This document shows, in pieces, positions 46,063-62,274 of a stretch of DNA of 64,000 nucleotides. A model generated the notes under the pieces. That model had not been told where the DNA came from and did not search any database. It saw only the letters and a list, made by a program, of their open reading frames with translations. Within the stretch, counting starts at the first letter, position 1; each line of letters begins with the position of its first letter. Made by a program: the position numbers and the translations under genes. The stretch lies in the NCBI RefSeq assembly GCF_009914755.1, contig NC_060927.1, one strand, 5' to 3'. The DNA comes from the human T2T-CHM13v2.0 reference genome, Homo sapiens.

Positions 46063-46390
46063 CATGGATGAAGCTGGAAGCCATATCCTCAGCAAACTAA
46101 AGCAGAAACAGAAAACCAAACACCACATATATATTCACCACATATTCTCACTTATAAGTGGGAGCTGAACACTGAGAACACATGGACTCAGGGAGGGGAA
46201 CAACACACACTGGGGCCTGTTGGGTGGTGGGGCTGGGGCAGGGAGAGTATTAGGAAAAATAGCTAATGCATGCTGGACTTAATACCTAGGTGATGGGTTG
46301 ATAGGTGCAGCAAACCACCATAGCACATGTTTACCTATGTAACAAACCTGCACATCCTGCACATGTACCCCAGAACTTAAAAAAAAAAAA
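46063..46390 (+). mobile_element. L1PA11-13-like 3' end
   Basis: CATGGATGAAGCTGGAAGCC...GGAAAAATAGCTAATGCATGCTGG...GTACCCCAGAACTT-polyA. Confidence 0.92.
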
Positions 46391-46677
46391 GTCAGGGTCT
46401 CACTGTGTTGCCCAGTCTGCAGTGCAGTGGCGTGATACGTAGCTCACAGTAACCTTGAACCCCTGGGCTCAAGAGATCCTCCTGCCTCAGCCCCCTGAGT
46501 ACCTAGGACTACGGGTGCACACCATCATGCCTGGCTGATATTTTTTATTTTATTTTTTGTAGAGACAGTGTCTTCCTGTGTTGCCCAGGATGGTCTTAAA
46601 CCCTTGGCCTCAAGCCATCCTCCCACCTCCGCCTCCCAAAGTGTTGGGATTACAGGTGTGAACCACTGTACCTGGCC
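46391..46677 (-). mobile_element. AluJ
   Basis: J-type body; no T tail, abuts the L1 poly-A. Confidence 0.92.
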
Positions 46678-48180
46678 ATAAAAAATGAATTACGTATTTC
46701 TATGTTCCTCTAATGAACATTTGGCAAAATTATGTAGCATGCTTTATGGTAGTATAAATTATATTGTATACCTAAGGATAAATATAATGAAATATGTAGG
46801 ATATGTAGTAATGTTTTGAAAATAACAAAACTTTGCTGAAATATTAAAGATTGAAATAAATTTAAAGATAATGTGTTCATGGGTTAGAAGACTCAATATT
46901 GTAATCTCAATATCCTACCAGGCATTTATTTATTAATTTATTTAATTTAAAGATGGGAGGCTGGTCTTGAACTCCTGAGTTCAAGTGATACTCCCACCTT
47001 GGCCTCCCAAAGTGCTGAGATTACAGGCTTAAGCCACCATGCCTAGCCCAGGCTTTAAAAATATATAATTTGGTAAGCTGATTGAAAAATGTATATGGGC
47101 CTAGAGTAGTTAATATATGGTATATCCTAGAGAATGTTCTGTGCATTTGAAAATCATATGTATTCTAGTGCTGTTGGATGGGATGTTTTGTATGTCTCTT
47201 AGGTCCATTTGGTTTATTATGTTGTTCAAGTCCACCGTTCTCTTACTGATTTTTGGTCTGGATGGTCTGTCCATTGTTGAAAGTGGTGTATTAAAGTTCT
47301 CTACCATTATTGTATTTCTGTCTATTCTCCCCTTTAGATCTGTTAATATTTGCTTTATGTGTTAAGATGCTCTGTTAGATGCATATGTATTTACTACTGT
47401 TATATTCCCTTCATGAATTGACCCCTTAATCATTATATAATGCCCATATTTGTCTCTTATAAAATTTTTCACCGAAGCCTATTTTGTCTGATACAAGTAT
47501 AGCTACTCTTGCTCTCTTTTGGTTTTCATTTGGATGGAATATCTTTTTCCCACCCTCCACTTCCAGGCTATGTGTGTTCTTAAATCTAGGTTGAGTCTCC
47601 TATAGGCAACATATAGTTGGATCATGCTTTTAAAATCCATTTGGCCACTCTGTGTCTTTTTTGGAGAATTTAATCTATTTGCATTTAAAGCCATCATTGA
47701 TAGGTACTTACTGTTAACCTTTTGTTAATTTTTTTTTAACTGTTTTGTTGTTCTATTTTTTTTTCTCCTCTTTCTGTCTTCCTTTGTGATTTGATGATTA
47801 TTTGTAGTGGTATACTTTGATTCCTTTCTGTTTATCATTTATGTATCTACAATAAGCTTTTGCTTTGTGGCTGGCTGAGTCTTTAATACATGTTGTAGTT
47901 GTAACAGCTGTTTATAGGTGATAACAACTCAACTCTGCATATAAAGAACTTGACACAACATTGTGACTGTAACTAATAACAATGTATAGTGTTCTTGAAA
48001 ATTGCTGAGTAGATTTTAAGTGTTTTCACCATAGAAAAATGATAAGTATGTGAGATAATACATATGTTAATTAGCTCAATTTAGCCATTCCACTGTCTCT
48101 CTGTCTACCTATCTACCTACCTATCTTTCAAAGCAACATGTTACACACAACAAATATGTGTAGTTTTTATTTGTCAATTA

Positions 48181-48806
<626 letters not shown>

Positions 48807-49691
48807 TGATCTGCCTGCCTTGGCCTCCCAAAGTGTTGGGATTACAGGCGTCAGCCACCGCGCCCAGCCTGCAGTGAGTTTTATACTTAATATATTTTCA
48901 TGTGTGTGTTAGCATCCTTTTATTTCACTTTGAAGCACTCCCTTTAGCATTTCTTGTAAGATAGGTCTAGTGTTGATGAACTGCCTCAGCTTTTGTATGA
49001 GAACATCTTTATCTCTCCTTTGTTTCAGAAAGACAGCTTTGCCAAGTATAATACTCTTTGCTGTCAGTTTTTTTTTCTTTTGGAACTTTGATTATAGTAT
49101 TCCATTTTCTCCTGGTCTGCAAGGTGTCTGCTGAGAAATCTACAGATAGTCTTATGGAGGATGCCTTGTTTGTGATGAGTGCTCTCATGTTGCTTTCAAC
49201 GTTCTTTGACTTTTGAGAACTTGATTATAATGTGCCTCACTGAAGATCTCTTTATGTTTATTCTATATGAGGTTGTTAGGGCTTCATGGATCTGGATATT
49301 TATTTCTCTGTTTATTTGTTTATTTTTTGAGATGGAGTCTCTGTCACCCAGGCTGTAGTGCAAATGGCATGATCTCAGCTCCCTGTAACCTCTGCCTCTT
49401 GGTATCAAGCAATTCTCCTGCCTCAGCCTCCCAAGTAGCTGGGATTACAGGTGCACCACCATGCCCTGCTAATTTTGTATTTTTAATAGAGACAGGGTTT
49501 CACCATGTTGGCCAGGCTGGTCTTGAACTCCTGACCTCAAGTGATCTGCCTGCCTCGGCCTCCCAAAGTGCTGGGATTGCGGGGTGAGCCACTGCACCCA
49601 GCCTGTTTCTCTAGATTAGGGGAAATTTTCTGTCATTATTTCTTTTAATAAAGTGTCTGCCCTTTTTCTGTGTTCATTTATGAACTCTTAT

Positions 49692-51504
<1,813 letters not shown>

Positions 51505-53309
51505 CCCATATATATGAATATGTTAGTTTACTTGATGGTGTCCCATAATTCCTTTGGCTTTTTTTCAGTTCATTTCATTCTTTTCTTTCTCCTTTTTGTC
51601 CTCTTACTGGGTAATTTCAAATGACCTTTGAGCTCACTGATTCTTTGTTCTGCTGATTGAGTGTGCTCCCTATGGAATTCTTCAGTTCATTGTGTTCTTC
51701 AGTTGCAGAATTTGTTTGGTTCTTTTTCATGGAGTCTCTTTGTTGGACTTTTTATTTAGTTCATGTATTATTTTCCTTATTTCATTCAGTTGTCTGTGTT
51801 CCCCTGTAGCTCACTGAACTAATATAAGACAGTTATTTTGAATTGTTAATGCAGTTTCTAGCTCTCTTTAGGGTCGGTTACTAGTGATTTATTTTGTTCC
51901 TTGGTGGTGTCATAATTCCTTATTTGTGATCCTCTTGGCCTTGGGTTCTTGTCTTCTGTGCATTTGAAAAAATAGGCACCTCTTTCAGTCTTTACAGGCT
52001 GGTTTTGGCAGGGCAAGCCCTTTACAGTCATTCTGCCTGGAGATTATGGGTAGGCCATCTGGTGGGTTCTGCAGGCAGGCTTGATGATATAGTCGTTGGG
52101 TGGGATGGCCTGGTGCTTTGGTCAGCGGGTGGGTGTGCCTGGCCCCTGGGTTCACAGAGGCTGATCCTATGTCTTGGTATTCTGAGGTGGTCTTGGAGCC
52201 TGGGTATGTGGGTGCTGGTGTACACCTGAGGTTCATGGAAGTCAGCCTGGTGCTGGAGTTACCAGGCACCAAACTGGCAATTGGAGCCTGAAAGAACAGC
52301 TTGGAGCCCAGGCCCACAGTTTCATGGGGCAGGCTTGAGGCCTGGGTTTGTAGGGCCTGGCCCGGAGCCTGAGTCCATGGGAGCTGACCTAGAACCAGGG
52401 TTGGCCTGGCAACGAGGTCCTCAGGGGCTGGCATGCTCGCAGTCATTTTAGAAATCAATGTCTGTGTTTTGTGGATTTCAATGAATTTATGTGCATGTTT
52501 TTTAAAGAATGACCTCTGCTTTCATCAGATTGTAAGGGAAATTTCTGTGCTTGTGGCATGAGGGTAGGTTATAAAGGAAAAAGAGGGAAGTGATTTGGAG
52601 GCATTATCCTTTTTCCTGTTACAGGTGCAGATTAAGTTCACCCTTTAACACCCAGCATTTTGTCAGTGTCATTTATGGTGAGGTACTATTCCCAAATCAC
52701 AATAGAAAATTTCACATTTTTTTCTGCCTTAAATAAAATGTCACTTTACTTTATTACTTATTTTCAGTATGTCTACTGTACCTAATGAGCCCTGTTTGTG
52801 TTAATTTTCTAGGTTTGTGACTTAGTATCAATAGTCTTAAACCATCATATTTCATATCTCCGTTGGTAGGCTTTTTTCATTGTTTACTTTTTGTAGGTCC
52901 AGGCACAAACAACTCTCTGTAATTTTGCTACTGCATAATAGCAGTTTTCCAGCTAAATAAGCAGCAGATTGATACTGTGTGCTCTGATTACTGTACTAAT
53001 GTTTTGGGTCACATTCTTCCACTTGAGTTTTTGGGGGGGGGTTATTTAGATTTAGGTATAATAGATTTAAAAACATATTCTCTAATCTACTAGTTTCCTG
53101 TAAGACACATCTCTTGCAAGTTTTTGCAACGTCTTGTTGTCTTCTTGTTTCATTTACCTGTTACAGGGAATGACTTAACTACTCTTTATATACCACAGAT
53201 ACATACCCAGGCATTGCATTAAATTAAGTTTTTTCGTTAGGTTGAAATCAGTCTACTAATGTATCTTCCCCTTCCTTAACTGTGTTTATTTTTTTTTAGA
53301 CCAACCAAA

Positions 53310-53810
53310 TCATTTAGTTGTTCCTCCCTTTTCATCTGTTTTTTCTCATTAGTGACTATATGTTTTGCATTGTTCTACAGTACCTTCCTTCAGACATTTC
53401 TGCTTTCAAAAATTGAACCACCCATTCCTTAGTACCTTTTCTTAGCATTTACTTGACCATCTGACATATTATTTGCCTTTGTTTATGACCTGTCTATTCC
53501 CGGAATGTTTAAGCTCTTCGTGGTGCAAGGAAGGGTTTTTATATCTTTTGTTCTCTGGTATATCCCTGGTTCTTAGAAGAGTGTTTGTCATATAATAAAT
53601 ATTTGTTGAATGGATCTCTACCCATTTATATGCATCTCCTTTTTCAGAAGTATAAAGAGAATGGGCTTGGTTACTGCACAGTCCTGGATTTGAATTCTGT
53701 TTTTTTCTTCTTACTAGTTGTGTGACCTGGGGCAGGCTAATTGAACAATCTGTTATCTGTTTCCTTCTCTATCGATTGGCAACTATACCTGTTGGATATA
53801 AAAGTGAGCC
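53310..53810. mobile_element. L2 3' end (about 53310-53615) and MIR (about 53650-53810)
   Basis: ATAAATATTTGTTGAATGGAT; MIR core CCTGGATTTGAATTCTG...ACTAGTTGTGTGACCTGGGGCAGG. Confidence 0.75.
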
Positions 53811-55237
53811 ATATCAATTCACCTTGACATTAAAAAAATTTATAATTGATATAATCTATACCTATTTAAAGTGTACATTGATAAATTTTGACATACGTAT
53901 TCATCTGTGAATTCATCACTGTAATCACTCCCAGAAGTTTCTTAAGCCTCTTTTTAATCCTACTCTTTCATCTCTATTTCTCCTCTTGCCTTTTCCCCCA
54001 TCTCCAAACAACTACTTACCTGCTCTCTGTCACTGTATATTACTTTGCATCTTCTAAGATCTTATATAAATTGGTCATACTGTATGTACTCTTTTTGACT
54101 ACATTTCTCATTATTCATTTAGTCTCATTATTTTGTGATTTATCTCTGTTACCTGTATCAATAGTTCTTTTCTTTATTTTTACAGAATAGTATTCCATTG
54201 TGTGAACATACCAAAATTTGTTTATCCATTCATTGTTGATAGATATATGGATTATTACCAATTTTTTTGCTAATCAAATAAAGCTGCTGTGAACACCCAT
54301 GAATCAATCTTGGTATCGTCATATTTTTTTCATTTCTCTTGAGAAAATACCGAGGAATGGAACGGTTAAATTATGTGGTAGGTATATACTTAACTTTTTT
54401 AGAAACTGCCAAACTTTCTTCCAAAACGATAGTATCATTTTTACATTCCACTAGTGATGTGTAAGAATTCCAGTTCTTCCACATCTTTACTAACATTTGG
54501 TATGGCCAGTCTTTTTAATTTTAGCAGTCTATAGGTGTGTAGTGGTATCTCACTGTAGCTTTAATTTGTATATTGAGAATCCTTTTATGTGACAGCTGTT
54601 TTACCGTCTTGGAAGTGAACATTCAAAATTTTTTTTCTGTTTTAAAATTAGGTTGTTTTCTCATTATTGGGTTTTTAAAGTTGTTGTAGTATGGAATCAT
54701 TAATTTATTTGTCATGCATTTTGTTGACCATAAAATTTCATGCCTTGTACCTGGGTTTTACTTTTTACCACAATAGCTTTTTAAAGAATTGTGTTAAAAT
54801 ATATATAACATAAAGTGACCATTTTAACAATTTTTAAATGTATAATTCGGTGGTATTAAGTATATTCACAGTGTGTAGCCATCACCACTATCTAGTTCCC
54901 GAACTTTTTTATTACACCAAACAAAAAGTCAACACCCATGAGACAATAACTCTTTGTTCTCCCCTCCCCCAAGTCTAGGTACCTTATATAGGTGGAATTA
55001 TACAATACATGTTCTTTTGTGTTTGGCTTGTTTCACTTAGCATAGTGTTTTCACGGTTCTATATCATGTGCTAGAGCTTCATTATTTTTTTGGATGACTA
55101 TATATATATATTATATATATGTATATATCCCCCATTTTGTTTATCCACTAATATACACTTACATTGTTTCCACCTTTTGGCTACTGTGAATAATCTATGA
55201 ACATTGATGTACAAGTATCTGTTTCAGTCTCTGTTTT

Positions 55238-57718
55238 TTTATTTTATTTTATTATTATTCTTTAAGTTTTAGGGTACATGTGCACAATGTGCAGATTAGT
55301 TACATATGTATACATGTGCCATGCTGGTGTGCTGCACCCACTAACTCGTCATTTAGCATTAGGTATATCTCCTAAAGCTATCCCTCCCCCCTCCCCCCAC
55401 CCCACAACAGTCCGCAGAGTGTGATGTTCCCCTCCCTGTGTCCATGTGTTCTCATTGTTCAGTTCCCACCTATGAGTGAGAATATGCAGTGTTTGGTTTT
55501 TTGTTCTTGCGATAGTTTACTGAGAATGATGATTTCCAGTTTCATCCATGTCCCTACAAAGGACATGAACTCATCATTTTTTATGGCTGCATAGTATTCC
55601 ATGGTGTATATGTGCCACATTTTCTTAATCCAGTCTATCATTGTTGGACATTTGGGTTGGTTCCAAGTCTTTGCTATTGTGAATAGTGCCGCAATAAACA
55701 TACGTGTGCGTGTGTCTTTATAGCAGCATGATTTATAGTCCTTTGGGTATATACCCAGTAATGGGATGGCTGGGTCAAATGGTATTTCTAGTTCTAGATT
55801 CCTGAGGAATCACCACATTGACTTCCACAAGGGTTGAACTAGTTTACAGTCCCACCAACAGTGTAAAAGTGTTCCTATTTCTCCACATCCTCTCCAGCAC
55901 CTGTTGTTTCCTGACTTTTTAATGATTGCCATTCTAACTGGCGTGAGATGGTATCTCATTGTGGTTTTGATTTGCATTTCTCTGATGGCCAGTGATGGTG
56001 AGCATTTTTTCATGTGTTTTTTGGCTGCATAAATGTCTTCTCTTGAGAAGTGTCTGTTCATGTCCTTCGCCCACTTTTTGAACAGACCTGCAGCTGAGGG
56101 TCCTGTCTGTTAGAAGGAAAACTAACAAACAGAAAGGACATCCACACCAAAAACCGATCTGTACATCACCATCATCAAAGACCAAAAGTAGATAAAACCA
56201 CAAAGATGGGGAAAAAACAGAGCAGAAAAACTGGAAACTCTAAAAAGCAGAGCGCCTCTCCTCCTCCAAAGGAACGCAGCTCCTCACCAGCAACGGAACA
56301 AAGCTGGACGGAGAGTGACTTTGACGAGTTGAGAGAAGAAGGCTTCAGACGATCAAACTACTCCGAGCTACAGGAGGAAATTCAAACCAAAGGCAAAGAA
56401 GTTGAAAACTTTGAAAAAAATTTAGACGAATGTATAACTAGAATAACCAATACAGAGAAGTGCTTAAAGGAGCTGATGGAGCTGAAAGCCAAGGCTCGAG
56501 AACTACGTGAAGAATGCAGAAGCCTCAGGAGCCGATGCGATCAACTGGAAGAAAGGGTATCAGCGATGGAAGATGAAATGAATGAAATGAAGCGAGAAGG
56601 GAAGTTTAGAGAAAAAAGAATAAAAAGAAACGAACAAAGCCTCCAAGAAATATGGGACTATGTGAAAAGACCAAATCTACGTCTGATTGGTGTACCTGAA
56701 AGTGACGGGGAGAATGGAACCAAGTTGGAAAACACTCTGCAGGATATTATCTAGGAGAACTTCCCCAATCTAGCAAGGCAGGCCAACATTCAGATTCAGG
56801 AAATACAGAGAACACCACAAAGATACTCCTTGAGAAGAGCAACTCCAAGACACATAATTGTCAGATTCACCAAAGTTGAAATGAAGGAAAAAATGTTAAG
56901 GGCAGCCAGAAAGGTCGGGTTACCCACAAAGGGAAGCCCATCAGACTAACAGCGGATCTCTCGGCAGAAACTCTACAAGCCAGAAGAGAGTGGAGGCCAA
57001 TATTCAACATTCTTAAAGAAAAGAATTTTCAACCCAGAATTTCATATCCAGCCAAACTAAGCTTCATAAGTGAAGGAGAAATAAAATCCTTTACAGACAA
57101 GCAAGTGCTGAGAGATTTTGTCACCACCAGGCCTGCCCTAAAAGAGCTCCTTGAAGGAAGCACTAAACGTGGAAAGGAACAACCGGTACCAGCCACTGCA
57201 AAATCGTGCCAAATTGTAAAGACCATCGAGGCTAGGAAGAAACTGCATCAACTGACGAGCAAAATAACCAGCTAACATCATCATTACAGGATCAAATTCA
57301 CACATAACAATATTAACTTTAAATGTAAATGGACTAAAAGCTCCAATTAAAGGACACAGACTGGCAAATTGGTTAAAGAGTCAAGACCCATCAGTGTGCT
57401 GTATTCAGGAAACCCATCTCACGTGCAGAGACACACATAGGCTCAAAATAAAAGGATGGAGGAAGATCTACCAAGCAAATGGAAAACAAAAAAAGGCAGG
57501 GGTTGCAATCCTAGTCTCTGATAAAACAGACTTTAAACCAACAAAGATCAAAAGAGACAAGGCCATTACATAATGGTAAAGGGATCAATTCAACAAGAAG
57601 AGCTAACTATCCTAAATATATATGCATCCAATACAGGAGCACCCAGATTCATAAAGCAAGTCCTTAGTGACCTACAAAGAGACTTAGACTCCTACACAAT
57701 AATAATGGGGGACTTTAA
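55238..57718 (-). mobile_element. L1PA3-like insertion with 5' inversion (3' end on minus, 55238-56080; inverted 5' UTR end/ORF1/ORF2 start on plus, 56081-57720)
   Basis: TSD CAGTCTCTGTTTT at 55225-55237 and 57719-57731; strand switch at CCACTTTTTG|AACAGACCTG. Confidence 0.96.
56206..57219 (+). pseudogene. L1 ORF1p, disrupted (open for 182 aa)
   Basis: MGKKQSRKTGNSKKQSASPPPKERSSS...LENTLQDII*; CAG to TAG at 56752-56754; later indels; ORF2 ATG reads ATT at 57283. Confidence 0.95.
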
Positions 57719-60518
57719 CAGTCTCTGTTTTCTGGGGTTATTTTGGTGTGTACTTAGGAGTAGAATTCCTAGAGCATATGGTAATTTTCTGTTTAACTTT
57801 TTGAGTAACTGCCAAGCTGTTTATGGAAAACTGCTATAAAGCAGCTGTACCATTTCACATTCCCACCAGCAGTGCACAGGGTTCCAATTTCTCCACATTC
57901 TTATAAGCCAACACTTATTTTCTATTTTTTAAAAAGAAAATAATAGTCCTCGTAGTGTATGTGAAGTAGTATTTTGTGGTTTAGATTTGCATTTTCCTAA
58001 TGAGTAATGATGTTGAGCATCTTTTAGTGTGCTTGTTGTTCATTTGTATATCTTTTATTAAAGTCCTTTGTCCATTTTGAATCAGGTTAAAATTGTTTGT
58101 ATTTTGATGAATTGTAGGCCTTCTTTATATATTCTGTATATGAAAACATTATAAGACATATGATTTACAGATATTTTATACCACTCTGTGAGCTTGGCAC
58201 TCTCTTAATAGTGTCCCTTAATGCACAAAGCTTTTAATTTTGATAAAGTCTAATTCATATGTTTTCTTTTGTTTGTGCTTTTGGTGTCATAACTTAGAAA
58301 CCATTTCCAAATCTGATGTCATGAATATTTGCCCCTATGTTTTCTTCTAGGAGACTTATAGTTTTAGTTTTTATGTGTAGCTCTTTGATCCATCTTCAGT
58401 TAATTTTTTTTTTTTTTTTGAGGCAGAGCCTCACTTTGTCACCCAGGGTGGAGTGCAGTGGTGCCATCAAGGCTCACTGCAGCCTCAACATCCCAAGCTT
58501 GGGTTATCCTCCACCTCAGTCTCCTAGGTAGCTGGGACTACAGGCACGTGCCACCACACCTGGCTAATTTTTTGTGTTTTTTGTAGAAACAGGGTTTTGG
58601 CACGTCACCCAGGCTGGTCTTGAACTCCTGGGCTCAAGCGATCTGCCCGCCTTGGCCTCCCAAAGTGTTGGGGTTACAGGCGTGAGCCACTGTATCTGGC
58701 CTTCAGTTAATTTTTGTATGTGTTGATAGGTAAAGGTCCAACCTCATTGTTTTTGCATGTGGATATCTAGTTTTTCTAGCACCATTTGCTGAACAGTCTG
58801 CCCTTTCCCCATTTAATGGTCTTGGCACCCTTGTTAAAAATGTCTCATGGTTTATTTTTGGCTCTTGATTATATTTTATTGATCTATATGTCTACCCTTA
58901 TGTTAGTATCACAGTATTTTGATGACTACAATTTTGTAGTAAGCTTTGAAACCAGAAAGTGTGAGTCCTCCAACTTTATTCTTTTTCAAGACTGTTTGGC
59001 TACTTAGAGTCCCTTGAGCTTCCATATTAAATTTAGGATGTATTTTTCTCTCTGTAAAAAATGTCTTTGGGATTTTTTATTTTTATTAGTTTTTTGAGAC
59101 AGAGTCTCACTCTGTTGCTCTCCTGTCTCAGCCTCCCAAGTAGCTGGAATTATAGGGGTGTGCCACTGCACCTGGCTAATTTTTGTATTTTTAGTAAAAG
59201 TGGGGTTTCACTGTGTTGGCAAGGCTGATCTCGAACTCCCAACCTCAGGTGATCTGCCCACCTCAGCCTCCCAAAGTGCTGGGATGACAGGCTGAGCCAC
59301 CGTGCCCGGTGCCTTTCAGATTTTGATAGGGGTTGCATTGAATCTGTAAATTGCTTTGGGTAGTAATGTTATTTTAACAATAAGTCTTCCAATCCATGAA
59401 TATGGAATGTCCTTCCACTAAGTAATGTTTTGTAGCTTTCATTATGCAAGTCTTATACTTCCATGGTTAAGCTCATTCCTAATTGTTTTATTCTCTTTCA
59501 TGTTGCCGTAAATGGAAAGTGATCAAAACCAGGAACATGTCCATGCTGATTCTTCAGGGTTCCTTCAGACCGAACAAAACGCATAACACTGAATTTTTGG
59601 AGGACAAGGTCCCCCTGCCTGTTCAGGCATCAAGCAGCTGCTTCAGGAATATGAGCTACTATCCCCGCTGTTGCAGAGGGGATGAGGAATGAGCAAAGAT
59701 AGCTGGTTTGCATATATTGTCCTCCTACCCAACATCAACTTTATTAACTTCTTCCCTAATCAGATCGTTCATCCGTGGTTGTTATAAGTGTCCAGTTCGG
59801 CTCCAGGGTTCCAAGAGAATTGATTCTGGTTTTTATTCCAGTTTCCTGTTTGTTTTCTTTTCAGGGGAGGGACCAACTCATAGAGCTTCCTGTTCTGTCA
59901 TTGTGTGTCACTTCACTGTTATTGTTGGGTTTTTGAGAGTTCTTCATATATTCTAGACACAAGTCCTTTATCAGATATATACTTTGCAAAGATTTTCTTT
60001 CAGTCTATGTCTTATGTTTTCATTCTTTTTACAGTCTCATTCAAAGAGCAAGAGTTTAAATTTTGATGATGTCTAATTTTTTTTTTTTTTTTTTGAGACA
60101 GAGTCTTACTCTGTTGCCCAGGCTGGAGTGCAATGGTACAATCTCGGCTCACTGCAACCTCCGCCTCCTGGGTTCAAGCAATTCTGTCTCAGCTTCCTGA
60201 GTAGCTAGGATTACAGGCACACACTACCATGCCTGGCTAATTTTTGTATTTTTAGTAGAGATGGGGTTTCACCATGTTGACCAGGCTGGTCTCGAACTCC
60301 TGACCTCAGGTGATCTGCCCACCTCAGCCCCACAAAGTGCTGGGATTACAGGCATGAACCACCATGCCCAGCGGATGATATCTAATTTATCAGTTGGTTC
60401 TTTTGTGGATTATGCTTTTGGTATCTTATCTGAGAAACCTTTGCCTAACCGAAGGTCATGACAATTTTCTCTGATAATGCCTTCTGGAAGTTTTATAATT
60501 TTAGATTTACAGTTAGGT

Positions 60519-60917
60519 TGTGTTAGTCCATTCTTGTTTGCTATAAAGAAATCTGAGGCTGGGTAATTTATAAAGAAAAGACGCTTAATTGGTTCACAGT
60601 TCTGCAGGCTGTACACACGGCATAGTGCCGGCATCTGCTTATGGTGAGGGCCTCAGGAAGCTTACAGGCATGGCAGAAGGCAAAGGGGAGCCAGTACATC
60701 ACATGGCAAGAGCAGGAGTAAGGGGTGGAGGAAGTGCCACATACTTTTAAACAAGCAGATTTCATGAGAACTCACTAGCTGTTGAGAGGGCACCACCAAG
60801 ACATTCATGAGAGATCTGCCTGCATGACCCAAACACCTCCTACCAGGCCCCACCTTTAACACTGGGCATTACATTTCAACATGGGATTTGGAGGGAACAG
60901 ACATCCAAACTATATCA
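60519..60917 (-). mobile_element. MSTB-like MaLR solo LTR
   Basis: Termini TGTGTTAGTCC...CATCCAAACTATATCA. Confidence 0.9.
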
Positions 60918-61611
60918 TCTATTATCCATTTTGAGTTTTCTTTTTAATACGGTACAAGGTATGGATTCAAGTACATTTTTTTTCACATGGATATCCATTT
61001 GTTCCCACACCATTTGTTGAATTGGCATTCCTTTCCCCACTGGATTGTTTTTGCATCTTTGTAAAAAATCAACTGTCTTTATATGCATGGATTTATTTTT
61101 GGACTTTTGATTCTGTTCCACTGATCTATTAGTCTGTATTTACCACATATTAGTCTTCAGTACCACACTATTTTGATTATCGTAGCTTTATAATAATTCT
61201 TGAGATCAGGTAGTGTTAGCTTCCAATTTTTTTATTCTTTTCAGAGTTGTCTTGGCTATTCTATGTCATCTGCATTTCCATATGAATTTTAAAATCAATT
61301 TGTCTATTTCTATAATTGGGATTTTGATTGGGTTGATTAAAATCTATTGATTAATTTGGAGAGAATCATCATCTTAACAATATGGAGTCTTTTGACCAAG
61401 GTACAAGGCATATCCACTTATTTAATTTTTTTCAGAAATATTTTAGTTATCAGTATGCAGATGTTTCATTTATTTTGACATATTTACCCTTAAGTATTTC
61501 ATAGGTTTTATGTTAGTTTAAATGGTATTGTTTAAATGGTATTGTTCTGGCTGGGCGTGGTGGCTCATACCTGCAATCCCAGCACTTTGGGAGGCCAAGG
61601 CAGACGGATCA

Positions 61612-61883
<272 letters not shown>

Positions 61884-62146
61884 TTATAGAAATGTGGTTG
61901 TTTTTTGCATAGTGATCTTGTAATGTATGACACTGCTAAACTCTCTTATTCTAGTAACTGTTTTTGGTAGATTCCATTTGATTTTTAGGTTAGAAAATCA
62001 TGTTATCTGCAAGTAGAGTTTAACTCTTTCCTTTTCAATTTGTATGCCTTTTATTTATTTTTTTCCTACCTGCCTGACTGCCCTGGCTACAGCCGTCAGT
62101 ACAGTTTGGAAAGTGGTGTAAGTAGACATTCTTTATTGTTTCTGAT

Positions 62147-62274
62147 CTTTTTCTTTAGAGATGGGGTCTTGCTATGTTGCCCAGGCTGATCTTGAATTCT
62201 TTGCCTCAAGTGATCTTTCCACTTCAGCCTCCCAAGGTGCTGGGATTGCAGCTGTGAGCCAGTGTGCCTGGCCC
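62147..62274 (-). mobile_element. FLAM/Alu left monomer
   Basis: About 125-bp monomer. Confidence 0.85.

Noticed and set aside
56081-56090. Inversion breakpoint beside the L1 5' UTR splice acceptor near nt 790, suggesting a spliced L1 RNA
   Set aside because: The intronic AACAG is retained, so the template was not spliced there
56206-57720. Active L1
   Set aside because: No promoter, nonsense and frameshift lesions in ORF1, ORF2 start lost and most of ORF2 absent
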